Below are positions 27,196 through 36,815 of a DNA stretch of 64,000 nt, piece by piece. Made by a program: the position numbers and the translations under genes. The notes beneath the pieces were generated by a model. That model was not told the origin of the DNA and ran no database searches. It saw only the letters and a program-made list of their open reading frames with translations. The stretch covers positions 32,129 to 96,128 of the forward strand of contig JAGDYB010000019.1 in the NCBI GenBank assembly GCA_023270055.1, given 5' to 3'. Source of the DNA: Candidatus Micrarchaeota archaeon (GTDB lineage Archaea > Micrarchaeota > Micrarchaeia > Micrarchaeales > CABMGC01). Positions within the stretch are counted from its first letter, which is position 1. Each line of letters starts with the position of its first letter.

Positions 27196-30100
27196 GCTGA
27201 ACTGGCGCTTGTCAACGATTTTCGGCTCACTAAACACATTTTCTATCTCGTCTTTTATTAGCTTGAGCCTTTGCTTGATATACATGTCAATATCGTACTT
27301 GTTGGCAAGGTTCAGCGCAAGCGAAAGATATTTTTCTATGTTGCCTTTAGAGACGGTAAGCAGAAGCTTGCCCCCATCCTTTGGGCATACTCCGGAAAGC
27401 GGAACGCGCCTGTATTTTGCATTGCAAACGGAGCATCTGAAAGTTTGCTTCGAGAACGTGTGGAGGTTGCCGATTATGTCTGGTATGAAATGGCTCAAAA
27501 GAAGCTTTTTCGCCGCGTCTTTGCTGTCTGTTGCATATATCATGTCCATGAGTTTGAATTCTGTATCTACTTTTTCTTGCATGTTGTTAAGCAAAGAGTA
27601 CCTGCCTCTTTTCGGCGCTGATTTTAGCGCGTTTATAGACGCTTCGTACGTGAAATTCAGCCCCCTAAACCTTTCATCTCCTTTGTCCAACCGGCTTTTT
27701 ACTATTTCAACGTCAACTTCATTTGGCGATACATAATTTAATGTCTTATAATAAAAGTCCTTGCCAAGCGACTTCGTGACGTCCATCATGTGCACTTCGT
27801 CATCTACCTCTTCAGGAACAACGTTGAGCATCAGAATTATCGGAGCGTCCATGGTTCCGCCCGTGCTGTTGGGCAGGTACTCCTTTGAAAAGTTTATCAG
27901 CGCGTCAAGCAGCAGCATAGTTGTGTCTTCATCGCCATCGCAGTTTCTTCGCCTTGCCGCGATAGTATACGGATGCGCCAGTCCAACATTTGCATCAGTA
28001 AAGCCTATAATTCTTCCAAGCACGCCACAAGATGTATGCGGCGAGAGCGTTATAACGAGTTGGCCTACTAAGTCCTGCACCTTTTCAGCATTGTAAAACT
28101 TCGGCAGCCGGTATAGTTTCTCAAGCATTTCGTCGACGAAGTTTGCAACTTTTAGCAGGTATTCCGCGCCGTGCATGTTTAGGATGACATCTTGGTGCTT
28201 AAGCTCAACCAATTGTTCGCTGCTGGCTAGCTTGTTTCCCAAATAATCTTTATCATATCCAAGCTCATTGAGCTTTTCAATGCTCGTGCCTATCTCCGCA
28301 GGATAAAAGTGCGTCAGCGGTGCGTCTGTTGCGTCAAATCTTGCCGTGCCATCTTTGAATATATAGACGCCGTGAAGGCTGCGCAATATGCCTTTTTCAA
28401 TCGGCTCCACCTTCTTGCCCTTGTTGCTGAGCCCTTTCACACCTTTTATAATGCTTGGCAGCTTTCCTACCCCTATCTTTTTGCTAGCATCACTGATAAG
28501 TTTAACTATGTCTACTTCATGCTCGCTTACCTCGCTCGTCTCCCCTCCGCACCTATCGCATGTTTCTCCAGAGCTCACAGCCCCACACTTTATGCACTTT
28601 CTCACAACCTCCGTAGGCATCTGGCAATCATAGCAATACGAGGTTGGCATCAACCGCTTGCAGTTTTTACACATATAATTTGCAGTTTCTACCTTTATGG
28701 ACGAATGGTCGAATTTTCTTGACCCTATGTTATAAGCCTTTATTATATTTCTCTCTTTTCCCCCGTATTCGCCTATGGGAAACAGCACGTTTGGCGGAGG
28801 TTTCATAAGCCTCTCTTTTGCCTTTTCTGGCCTCCCAACTCTTGCTGCAATGAATGTAGACCTTTTCATCACTGGAAATGCCGAAACCTTATTCACTAGC
28901 TCGATTGTGTCTTTGCTGTCATTTTCATAAAGCTTGAGCCTGTCAACAACATGATCTGACACATCAAGTGTCTCATCTGCCGAAAGAAAACCCAGAGAGC
29001 CTAGAAGAGCCTTGGCATAATCCCCGCGCACGACAACTTTGCCGTCTTCAATTTCATGGGGCACTGCAAGTAGTTCAAGCGTTCTCTTAACTGCAGCATC
29101 AACTTTGATATGTTGCACTCTTTGCAGTTCTGTTTTGTCAATTGCTTTATTTTCTTTTATAATCGCATCAGCAAGGCTTTCTATATCTTTCTTTTCGACA
29201 GAACCAAATTCATATAAATATTTTGGATGTATAGGCACCCCATACTTGCTGGACAGCGCATACGCATCATCAAATGCAACATTTTTCTCGTCAATGCTTA
29301 TGTTGTCATCCTTCTCCTTGAGCTGCTCCTTCCAGAAATCTTCAACATAACTGCTTGGCAACAGCATAGTGTTTGCATTTCTGAAGTCGCCGTATGCTAT
29401 CAGTATGTCGCCGAGATAAATTATCTCTTCCACATCGTTCTTTATCTCCTCTGCAAGCGCAGCGTCATTTACCCTTAACGCTCTTCCATCCTTGAGTCTT
29501 ACAAAAGGCCCCTCAATACTGTCTACTGGTGTGGCGATGCATCCTTTTCTGGGAGTGTGCATTTTGAGCTGAGTGCCAACAGCTATAAAATTCATTGTTA
29601 GTATCATAGTTGCAGGGCTGAATCCCATTGCGGCGATTCCGCTGAACCTGCTTCTGCCATACCTAAGCCTGAAGCCGCCTGCATAGCCCGGATACGCAAG
29701 TATGGGCCTTCCTGCGACAAGCTCACTGAGAAATGCTGTTGATTCGTCTTCCGTTTCCGTTTTCTTCTCCATCTTGTCTATTCTTATTATGTTGTTGAGC
29801 CATTCCCAGTCCAATCCAACCTTTCTTACCTCTTTTATGATTTTCTTTGCTTTTTGGGCTATGCCTTCGCATAGCACCAGTGGCACGCCCCCTCTTACTC
29901 TATTTGTCAAGAACACCGTTTTTCCCTCAGCATCCTTTCTCTTTATATCTCTGTGAACGCTAACTTCGATATCCTCGCTTGCAACTCCGTCAACGCATAC
30001 TGGGCAGTTTCCTGCTATGAATCTCAGGTCTTCCTCTGGCGGCTTGTATTGCAACCTAGCGGCTCTTGCATCGTAGAGGTTTACCTCCTCAACATACCTA

Positions 30101-30627
30101 TCTATCTCGTCTTGTGTCGGCTTGTACGGCCCAATGTTAAAAATCCTTCTTGCATAGTCAGCCAAAGCCACGGAAAGCGCTGCCGCAGTGCCTCCTGCAC
30201 CTCTTATCGGACCAGCATACATCACCGCTATATAATCGGTATTGTCCGGATTCTTGTACATTCTAACCTCTTGCAGCCCTTCTGTCGGTGCAACAAGTAT
30301 GCCTTCCGTCAATATGGCAAGTCCAACTTTTGTTGCCAGCTCTATCCTCTTTATCATTTCGTAATGTGCAAACGCGTCGTTTGTGCATATTTCCTTTGTA
30401 ACTTCGAAGGCGAGCTCGCTCCTTGTTTGCCCTTTCATCTTGTCGTTTATCGTTTTGGCAAGGCCTGCAATACCTATTATACCTTCCACTCTTGAACCTA
30501 TGTCTGGCGCGGCTTTTATTTCGACAAATGGCTTTGGATCAATGCCCTCTTTTTTTGCTAATGCAGCAAGCATATTCGCATTGTCAAAGTTTTTTTTCAA
30601 AATCTCGAAATACTCCTTGTTGTCCAA
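27178..30627 (-). CDS. polC: DNA polymerase II (PolD) large subunit DP2
   Basis: 1149 aa with Cys clusters 'CKNCKRLMPTSYCYDCQ...CIKCG...CDRCG' and 'CSVCNAKYRRVPLSGVCPKDGGKL'. Directly downstream of DP1. No intein-sized insertion. Confidence 0.95.
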   Translation of the reverse strand: MDNKEYFEILKKNFDNANMLAALAKKEGIDPKPFVEIKAAPDIGSRVEGIIGIAGLAKTINDKMKGQTRSELAFEVTKEICTNDAFAHYEMIKRIELATKVGLAILTEGILVAPTEGLQEVRMYKNPDNTDYIAVMYAGPIRGAGGTAAALSVALADYARRIFNIGPYKPTQDEIDRYVEEVNLYDARAARLQYKPPEEDLRFIAGNCPVCVDGVASEDIEVSVHRDIKRKDAEGKTVFLTNRVRGGVPLVLCEGIAQKAKKIIKEVRKVGLDWEWLNNIIRIDKMEKKTETEDESTAFLSELVAGRPILAYPGYAGGFRLRYGRSRFSGIAAMGFSPATMILTMNFIAVGTQLKMHTPRKGCIATPVDSIEGPFVRLKDGRALRVNDAALAEEIKNDVEEIIYLGDILIAYGDFRNANTMLLPSSYVEDFWKEQLKEKDDNISIDEKNVAFDDAYALSSKYGVPIHPKYLYEFGSVEKKDIESLADAIIKENKAIDKTELQRVQHIKVDAAVKRTLELLAVPHEIEDGKVVVRGDYAKALLGSLGFLSADETLDVSDHVVDRLKLYENDSKDTIELVNKVSAFPVMKRSTFIAARVGRPEKAKERLMKPPPNVLFPIGEYGGKERNIIKAYNIGSRKFDHSSIKVETANYMCKNCKRLMPTSYCYDCQMPTEVVRKCIKCGAVSSGETCDRCGGETSEVSEHEVDIVKLISDASKKIGVGKLPSIIKGVKGLSNKGKKVEPIEKGILRSLHGVYIFKDGTARFDATDAPLTHFYPAEIGTSIEKLNELGYDKDYLGNKLASSEQLVELKHQDVILNMHGAEYLLKVANFVDEMLEKLYRLPKFYNAEKVQDLVGQLVITLSPHTSCGVLGRIIGFTDANVGLAHPYTIAARRRNCDGDEDTTMLLLDALINFSKEYLPNSTGGTMDAPIILMLNVVPEEVDDEVHMMDVTKSLGKDFYYKTLNYVSPNEVDVEIVKSRLDKGDERFRGLNFTYEASINALKSAPKRGRYSLLNNMQEKVDTEFKLMDMIYATDSKDAAKKLLLSHFIPDIIGNLHTFSKQTFRCSVCNAKYRRVPLSGVCPKDGGKLLLTVSKGNIEKYLSLALNLANKYDIDMYIKQRLKLIKDEIENVFSEPKIVDKRQFSLNRFV

Positions 30628-30631
30628 TTTC

Positions 30632-32146
30632 TCACCAGAGCTCGCTGTTAAAATCTATCTCCGAATAATTCATGCTTTTAATTTCATATACTGGCAATAT
30701 CCCTGGGGTAGGTATATGTCCTTGCCTTACCTGGAATGCCGTTCTTGCCTGCCAAGTGCCGCTGTTTATAAGCAGTGTGCCATGGTATTCCGCGACACCA
30801 TTTTTGTGTATGTGCCCCATGTGCAGTATGTCAGGTACTTGATCAATGACCAGCGGGTCGTTCTTGGAAGGTACAACTATGTTACCTCCATATATAGGTG
30901 ACAGATGTCTTCTTTTTAGCAGTTCCTTCATTGCCTCCTCTGGTTTGGAATAGCTGCAGTTTGGTATAGACTGTATTACTGAATCGAGGGACGTTCCATG
31001 ATATGTGAGCAGATTCACACCATTTATTTTTATATAAGACGGGTTTGATACAAAATGTACATTTCCCTTGGCAAATCCTCCAATCAAGTCGTTCGGAAAC
31101 GGTGGTTGTGGTTCAGACCGCTGAACTGCGTCATGATTGCCAGGCAGCACAAAAACTTCTATGTAATCCGGTATTGCATCAATGAAATCAAGGAGTATTG
31201 AATACTGCTTGTACATATCATCGACGCTCAGATCTCTTTCCTGTTCAGGATAAACACCTATTCCATCTGCGACATCCCCATCCATTATTACATATTTTAC
31301 CTTTCCCGCCAAGTCGTTCCTGTAGTTTAAACCCCCATTAAGCCAAGCTATAGCTTTTTTAAATTGTTTGTCAAGAAAAAGCTTGCTTCCAATATGTATG
31401 TCAGAAAAAAACGCGATTGCAACGTCATCCTCCCCCTTTCTTCTTGACCTTATCGGCACGTCTGGCCATAATATACTGTTTGCTATAACGAATGGGCCTG
31501 ATATTTTACCCTTCACTATTACTATATCATCGTTAATGAGCCTTCTTCCGCTTTCGAATATTTCATTTGTTCCCCCTGTTTTTAGGAACAGTACTTTTGC
31601 GTATCCTGTCTCGTCTTCAAGTGTGACAAGCAAGTGGCCATTCTTAGTTATATGCTTATCATAAACAATGCCACAAACACTTATCTCTCGCCCATCCCCG
31701 TAATTCTTTATATTGCTTATGTTGTTTATCATGCTTCCTATGGTTCCATTTCTTCCATTTGTAATTATTTCCTTTATCTTTTTGTATCTGTCATCGAAAT
31801 ATTCGGAGAAATCCGCGACGGCTCCTCCAGTTTTTTCCAGCTCCAAATTCCTCACGCTGAAGTCCGGCTTTACATCTTTAGCCTCCGCCTTAAAGCCATT
31901 GCTCCTTATAACCTCAACTGTTATCGGAGTTTTGTCATTACCCTCGCTTATTATCTTTTTGAGCTCGTCATTGGTCAATATTGCAATCCCAGCGCCTTCA
32001 AAATGCTTTATGATTTTCACCGCGAGCGCTTCAATATCCATGCCAGCAATATCATTTTCGCCGATTTCAGCGCTAACCACGACCTTGCCACTAAGCAGTT
32101 GTGTAAGCTTTACTACAAGTGAGCTGTCAATGGCGTCGCTCCCCAT
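30632..32146 (-). CDS. polB: DNA polymerase II (PolD) small subunit DP1 (Mre11-like phosphoesterase exonuclease)
   Basis: Calcineurin-like motifs 'FFSDIHIGS', 'MDGDVADG', 'LPGNHDA', 'MGHIHKNG'. 504 aa. Confidence 0.95.
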   Translation of the reverse strand: MGSDAIDSSLVVKLTQLLSGKVVVSAEIGENDIAGMDIEALAVKIIKHFEGAGIAILTNDELKKIISEGNDKTPITVEVIRSNGFKAEAKDVKPDFSVRNLELEKTGGAVADFSEYFDDRYKKIKEIITNGRNGTIGSMINNISNIKNYGDGREISVCGIVYDKHITKNGHLLVTLEDETGYAKVLFLKTGGTNEIFESGRRLINDDIVIVKGKISGPFVIANSILWPDVPIRSRRKGEDDVAIAFFSDIHIGSKLFLDKQFKKAIAWLNGGLNYRNDLAGKVKYVIMDGDVADGIGVYPEQERDLSVDDMYKQYSILLDFIDAIPDYIEVFVLPGNHDAVQRSEPQPPFPNDLIGGFAKGNVHFVSNPSYIKINGVNLLTYHGTSLDSVIQSIPNCSYSKPEEAMKELLKRRHLSPIYGGNIVVPSKNDPLVIDQVPDILHMGHIHKNGVAEYHGTLLINSGTWQARTAFQVRQGHIPTPGILPVYEIKSMNYSEIDFNSELW

Positions 32147-32353
32147 GATTAGGTAATTATCCGCTCATATATAAAAACCCATTTTCAATTATGCTGGCAT
32201 AAAACTTCCTTTTGGAGAAGACGAGGCAAAGGAATCAAGGTTTTATAATCTATTGCAAGAAAACCGTGATACTCTAGATTGCGTACATATTGCCAATAGG
32301 ATGAGCATACATGGGGCACTTGTGAACTATTGAATTATGGCTTTTGACTCAAG

Positions 32354-32815
32354 CTAGACCCTTTTGTACTTTTCTATATTTACTCCCAAATCCAAAGGCC
32401 CAAAAGCATACGGCAGTAACTCGCTTATCTTCTTTATAATTACAGTATCCTTTTTGGTGTTAGACATTATCACTTCAATATCCACATCAGATATCTGCGA
32501 CGCTTCAAACAGTGACTGCCTGCAAGCGCCGCACGGACTTATCGGCTGATCCATATCGAAGTTTTCGCCCCTAGCTATAATTGCTATAGCTTTGAATTTC
32601 CTGTAACCCTCTGCGTTAGCCCTTAATAGTGCGGATCTTTCGGCGCACATCGTATTGCCATAAGATGCATTCTCATAATTCGCGCCTGTTATTATTTTGT
32701 CGTCTGTTGTAAGCAAAGCCGCGCCCACATAGAAATTCGAATATGGATTATACGCCTTTTCCATAGCTTTTTCCGCAGCATTTAGCAATTCTGTCTGATA
32801 ATCTTTAAGCTTCAT
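32354..32815 (-). CDS. cdd: Cytidine deaminase
   Basis: 'YNPYSNFYVGAALL', 'CAERSALLRA', 'SPCGACRQ'. The track ORF extends to 32965. I prefer the ATG at 32815 ('MKLKDYQTELL'); 32833 is an alternative. Confidence 0.8.
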   Translation of the reverse strand: MKLKDYQTELLNAAEKAMEKAYNPYSNFYVGAALLTTDDKIITGANYENASYGNTMCAERSALLRANAEGYRKFKAIAIIARGENFDMDQPISPCGACRQSLFEASQISDVDIEVIMSNTKKDTVIIKKISELLPYAFGPLDLGVNIEKYKRV

Positions 32816-32961
32816 CTTGTTTCCTTCCATCATATCGCCTATTATGTTTTGCTTTTTTCCTTTTAAAGTTTTTGCCGAGCAACATGCCGCGTTCCATTGA
32901 AAGTTTCCGCTCATTATTTTGTTTTTTTGTGTTATGCCTCTATTCAAGCATGGAGCATTTG

Positions 32962-33231
32962 TCATTCTTTTATAGATTCAAGGAGACTCAATATATTCCA
33001 GACTACCGTTCTTGCATATGGAGGCAGGTTTATGTCATTGCTTATCTCGTCTATCTTGTATGTTGCTGTCGATGCCCTTACTACATAGCTACCTTCTCCG
33101 TCTAGTGCTTTTCTTGCTTCGTCGAGCGCCGATTTAACATTCCTTGGCACGCTATTGTCATTCAACAAGACGTCTATCTGTTGCCTTATTTTTTTCATCG
33201 TATCTTCGAACTGTTCCGAATTTTTTGTCAT
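32962..33231 (-). CDS. UPF0147-family small protein
   Basis: 89 aa. 'NSVPRNVKSALDEARKAL...IDEISNDINLPPYARTVVWNILSLLE' matches my recollection of the UPF0147 pattern. Confidence 0.55.
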   Translation of the reverse strand: MTKNSEQFEDTMKKIRQQIDVLLNDNSVPRNVKSALDEARKALDGEGSYVVRASTATYKIDEISNDINLPPYARTVVWNILSLLESIKE

Positions 33232-33257
33232 GAAATCACTTCTTTAGATTATATTTA

Positions 33258-33347
33258 CGGGCCCGGCGGGAATCTCATTTTTCAAATTTGAACCCGCGAC
33301 CGTCAGCTTAGAAGGCTGCTGCTCTGTCCAAGCTGAGCTACGGGCCC
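33258..33347 (-). tRNA. tRNA-Arg (UCU) with a 15-nt intron in the T-loop (about position 59/60)
   Basis: Hand fold: GGGCCCG TA GCTC AGCTTGGACA GAGC A GCAGC CTTCTAA GCTGA CGGTC GCGGG TTCAAA[TTTGAAAAATGAGAT]T CCCGC CGGGCCC G. No encoded CCA. The 5' end lies 7 nt after the tatD stop. Confidence 0.8.
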
Positions 33348-33354
33348 TTGAGTA

Positions 33355-34104
33355 TCATATGTAAAAGAACTCTCTTAAATTGTTTGTTGTCATCTCGGCT
33401 ATTTCATTAACGTCCATGTTTTTCACACTTGAAATTATAGACAGTGAATTTATTACATCAATTGGGGATTTGCCCACGACCGGCGAATCCGTCTCTGCTA
33501 CTATGCTATTTATGTCAACTTCCTTTATAGCCCTTTCCCTTTCTTCGCTTCTTACAGGTGGCACCGATATGATATACCCCCTTCTTTTTATTTCTTCTAC
33601 ATGCTCCTTTTTGCCTCCCTCAAAAAAGTGGAACATTGCTTTTTCGATCTTCTTTTCGACAAGTATGTTTATCACGTAGGGCAAAGCCCTTCTTGAATGT
33701 ATAACTATAGGAAGGTCAAGCTCCTTTGCAAGATCTACTTGCTTTTCAAACACCGCGGCTTGTGCATTCCTGCTTTCACTATCTTTAGCTATTTTGAAGT
33801 CCAAACCTATTTCGCCTATGCCTACTATCTTCTTGCTTTTCTTTATCATCTGTTCCAGCTGCTCTGTGTCCAATCCTTCGCCCACCGCGTCAGGGCTTAT
33901 TCCAATAACGCCAAAGACATTATCATGCTTGACGATTTCAAGCGTTTTTTCATTATCTCTATTGGATCCGCCAGCAGTAACAATAGTTTTTATGTTTTTT
34001 TCAGAGGCTTGCTTCAGCACTTCGTCTACGCTGTCAAAAAGGCTAAGGTGGCAATGCGCGTCCGAAAGCTCTACTGGTTCCTCTTTTTGGCTTTCAATCT
34101 GCAT
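33355..34104 (-). CDS. tatD: TatD-family metal-dependent hydrolase
   Basis: 'SDAHCHL', 'VGIGEIGLD', 'VIHSR', 'ETDSP'. I prefer the ATG at 34104. Confidence 0.85.
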   Translation of the reverse strand: MQIESQKEEPVELSDAHCHLSLFDSVDEVLKQASEKNIKTIVTAGGSNRDNEKTLEIVKHDNVFGVIGISPDAVGEGLDTEQLEQMIKKSKKIVGIGEIGLDFKIAKDSESRNAQAAVFEKQVDLAKELDLPIVIHSRRALPYVINILVEKKIEKAMFHFFEGGKKEHVEEIKRRGYIISVPPVRSEERERAIKEVDINSIVAETDSPVVGKSPIDVINSLSIISSVKNMDVNEIAEMTTNNLREFFYI

Positions 34105-34161
34105 ATCAGTCTGGTACAATAAACCACCGCAAATCCATACTTGTAAGCAAGCCATAACGAT

Positions 34162-34959
34162 TTATTTGGCATGCAACGCTATCAGCTTCAACCTTTCGCT
34201 TGCAATCTTGAATGTAAGTTCTTTGCCGTTCTCAACCGCAATCCCCCTTTCTGGCAGTGTTGGTCCATAAAGGTATTGCCTTGCGCCCCTGTCGAATGTC
34301 AGTGTAATCTTTGATTCTATAGGGAACACCTCCCTTACATTACCTTGCCTCCTAGTTTTGCCACTTCTTTCAATTACGTATGTTGGGAGTATGTGTGCAA
34401 CACCAAGGCCATTTATCCTTTTTGGCCGCTTTTTGTTCAGTATGTCTACATAAGCATAATATCCTGTCGAGCCTAACGGCGTTGTTATTATTACTCCGTT
34501 CGATATGCCCCATATCTCTGTTTCTTTACCATGATAACTCACGCGTAGCTTGTATCGAAGCGCGCTTCGTATGTTACCTCTTTCTATGTAAAAATCTCCT
34601 GCAGTAATGTATTCCTTGTTCATATACCTAAGCTTGAGAAGAGGCTCCTCCTTTATATAGAAATTTTGTTCAGAAATGGCACGAAGTACTTTTGGCAAAT
34701 CTGCATCTGTTACTTCTATCGTAAAACCTCTACTGCCAAGCAGTTTGCTTTCAGCACTGGTACTCTTCACAGCTAATATGGGCTTGTCATGATACAGCGC
34801 AGCGTACTTGAGAAATGTACCATCACCTCCAAATACGAGTATTGCATCATACTTTTTATTGTCTATTTTTATATTGTATCCGCTAAGCATGCGTTTAATG
34901 TAATTGTATCTCATCTTTGCGTACCTGCTTACCAGAACCTTTACTCTACGTACTTCCAT
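34162..34959 (-). CDS. nadK: NAD kinase
   Basis: 'ILVFGGDGTFL' and 'NGVIITTPLGSTGY'. I prefer the ATG at 34959. Confidence 0.85.
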   Translation of the reverse strand: MEVRRVKVLVSRYAKMRYNYIKRMLSGYNIKIDNKKYDAILVFGGDGTFLKYAALYHDKPILAVKSTSAESKLLGSRGFTIEVTDADLPKVLRAISEQNFYIKEEPLLKLRYMNKEYITAGDFYIERGNIRSALRYKLRVSYHGKETEIWGISNGVIITTPLGSTGYYAYVDILNKKRPKRINGLGVAHILPTYVIERSGKTRRQGNVREVFPIESKITLTFDRGARQYLYGPTLPERGIAVENGKELTFKIASERLKLIALHAK

Positions 34960-35051
34960 TTGCAATCTACCAGACGCAATATAAACAAAAAACCCAAAGT
35001 TCAAGAAAGGTATAAATATATATTAACATAAAGCTTTTTAAGGTGCGATAG

Positions 35052-36215
35052 ATGGATCCTGAAAATGAACATACTGATGGTCAAAAGGAAAAAGAGAGAG
35101 AACATACACATACAGAATCGGTTGAAAAGCTTAATGCTGCGCTCAAGATGACAAAGACAATAACATACCTATCACTGGCAATAGGCATAATAGCGATAGG
35201 CATAGCGCTTTTTGCAATATTGAGAACACCATCCCACGTAGTTACACCAATCGCAACAACCACAATATCAAATTCCACTCCAGCAAACCTTACAGGACCA
35301 ATTGTCGTTAACGGGAGCCCAATAGTTCCGCCGCTATCGCGCGCTTCTGCGCCAGTTATAACCTCGCAAGGTTCATTCGGCAGCAGGTTGACAAACATAA
35401 ATGCGCCTTTCAACGCGACAGAATTGGCGGTAATAAACAACGCGCCAGACAGCTATTTCGAAAAGGCTGGTGAAATGTTCCTCAACCACTCTTTGACTAA
35501 CGAGGTTGGTCTGCCATCAGTTTCAACTGCTCCGGAACTCATTGTAAACGGCAAGCCTGCAGTGTTGTATGTCGGCTCAATATCCTGCATATACTGCGGG
35601 GAAAACAGATGGGCAATGGCACTTGCACTAAGCAGGTTCGGCAATTTTACCAACCTTTTCAAGGGCTATTCCAGCTTTGGCGACGGCGACTTGCCGACAA
35701 TTTATTGGTCTCCTGATGCATACAACACCACTGCCAACGTAACGTTTGGCAATTTTTACCAGAGCAAATATCTAACATTCATAACAATGGAATATGACTC
35801 AAAGATCGTGCAGGGATTCGAAGTCCAACCGCCTTCCTACTTTTTGAGCAAAGCAAATGCGACAGGGAACAACGTCTATATTACGGCGGCAGAATATTTC
35901 AACAAGGTAGTCAATCCAAGCAGTTTTGGCACTCCATTCACCGTATGGGGCAAGTACCCGGTAATGGGTGCAGACGCGGTTGATTTTGGCAACACAATGC
36001 CAACACAAGCAAATTCAACGCTGGGCCTTGAGTATATGACCCACGCCGACGTGTTGAATTCCCTCTCCAGCTTCAACAGCGAGTTCGCTTGGACCGAATA
36101 TGCAGGTGCGGACATCTATATATCCTTGGCGTGCTCCAGCCTCAACAACACAGCACCGATATGCTCGCTACCAGCAATAAAAGGCATAGAAAAAGCGCTA
36201 AATCTCAGTGGATAA
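35052..36215 (+). CDS. DUF929-like membrane-anchored extracytoplasmic protein (thioredoxin-like CxxC)
   Basis: N-terminal TM anchor, then 'YVGSISCIYCGENRWAMALALSRFGNF', the DUF929 signature as I recall it. Many N-x-S/T sequons. Confidence 0.55.
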   Translation: MDPENEHTDGQKEKEREHTHTESVEKLNAALKMTKTITYLSLAIGIIAIGIALFAILRTPSHVVTPIATTTISNSTPANLTGPIVVNGSPIVPPLSRASAPVITSQGSFGSRLTNINAPFNATELAVINNAPDSYFEKAGEMFLNHSLTNEVGLPSVSTAPELIVNGKPAVLYVGSISCIYCGENRWAMALALSRFGNFTNLFKGYSSFGDGDLPTIYWSPDAYNTTANVTFGNFYQSKYLTFITMEYDSKIVQGFEVQPPSYFLSKANATGNNVYITAAEYFNKVVNPSSFGTPFTVWGKYPVMGADAVDFGNTMPTQANSTLGLEYMTHADVLNSLSSFNSEFAWTEYAGADIYISLACSSLNNTAPICSLPAIKGIEKALNLSG

Positions 36216-36749
36216 ATGCCTGAAAAAATAGGCATCGCAAGCGTGATAGGCGACATATTCAAGTCTCCCTATTACGTTGTTTTAGCTGTGATAGTAGCGT
36301 TTATCTACTACTATCTAATAATTTATCTTGTGCAAGTGGACAACAGCGGCGCTTTTTTAATCACAATACCAAGTTATTTAATATACGCTCTTGTGTTTGC
36401 CTCATCAATTCTTTTGACTGTGAGTGTATACTCCATCCGCAAGGCCTTTAATGCCACAAAATCAGGCTTGGGCGGTGGTGTGCTCAGCGCGATTTCAACT
36501 TTTTTCTCAGCCTTAATATTTAGCTGCGGCTGCACTGCCCCTTTGCTCAACATAGTGCTGGGTCTCTTCGCCCTCAATATAGGAACTATCGTAAGCCTGA
36601 GAAATTTCCTAGCAAGCTACCAAGCTTTAATAGTATCAGCAATTATCGTGATGGATGTAGTATTCATATTCTACCAGCTCTCAAAGCTCACGAAGACGTG
36701 CGCATTGGACAAAGGCAAGATTGTAAGCCTGAAAGTCAAGCTGAAGTGA
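36216..36749 (+). CDS. Polytopic membrane protein with an intramembrane CGC motif
   Basis: 177 aa, about 4-5 TM helices, 'LIFSCGCTAPLL'. The ATG immediately follows the DUF929 stop, implying an operon. Confidence 0.45.
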   Translation: MPEKIGIASVIGDIFKSPYYVVLAVIVAFIYYYLIIYLVQVDNSGAFLITIPSYLIYALVFASSILLTVSVYSIRKAFNATKSGLGGGVLSAISTFFSALIFSCGCTAPLLNIVLGLFALNIGTIVSLRNFLASYQALIVSAIIVMDVVFIFYQLSKLTKTCALDKGKIVSLKVKLK

Positions 36750-36815
36750 GATAGGCAAAAAGCATTTTATATCTATTCCTCGTAAGTAGATTGATGCTGT
36801 CTTAAGGCGACCAAA

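Noticed and set aside
27178-30627. I checked for inteins in PolD DP2, and also in the thermosome and Orc1.
   Set aside because: The lengths are in the normal range, and no block of the type 'C/S...HN-C/S/T' interrupts conserved motifs.
27209-32156. Multiple plus-strand ORFs of 80-180 aa opposite the two PolD genes.
   Set aside because: They are shadows of very long, confidently identified minus-strand genes.
32147-32353. 207-bp spacer upstream of the PolD operon, inspected for an ncRNA or origin-like structure.
   Set aside because: No C/D or H/ACA boxes, no strong hairpins and no repeats were visible by eye. It is probably just promoter and terminator space between same-strand genes.
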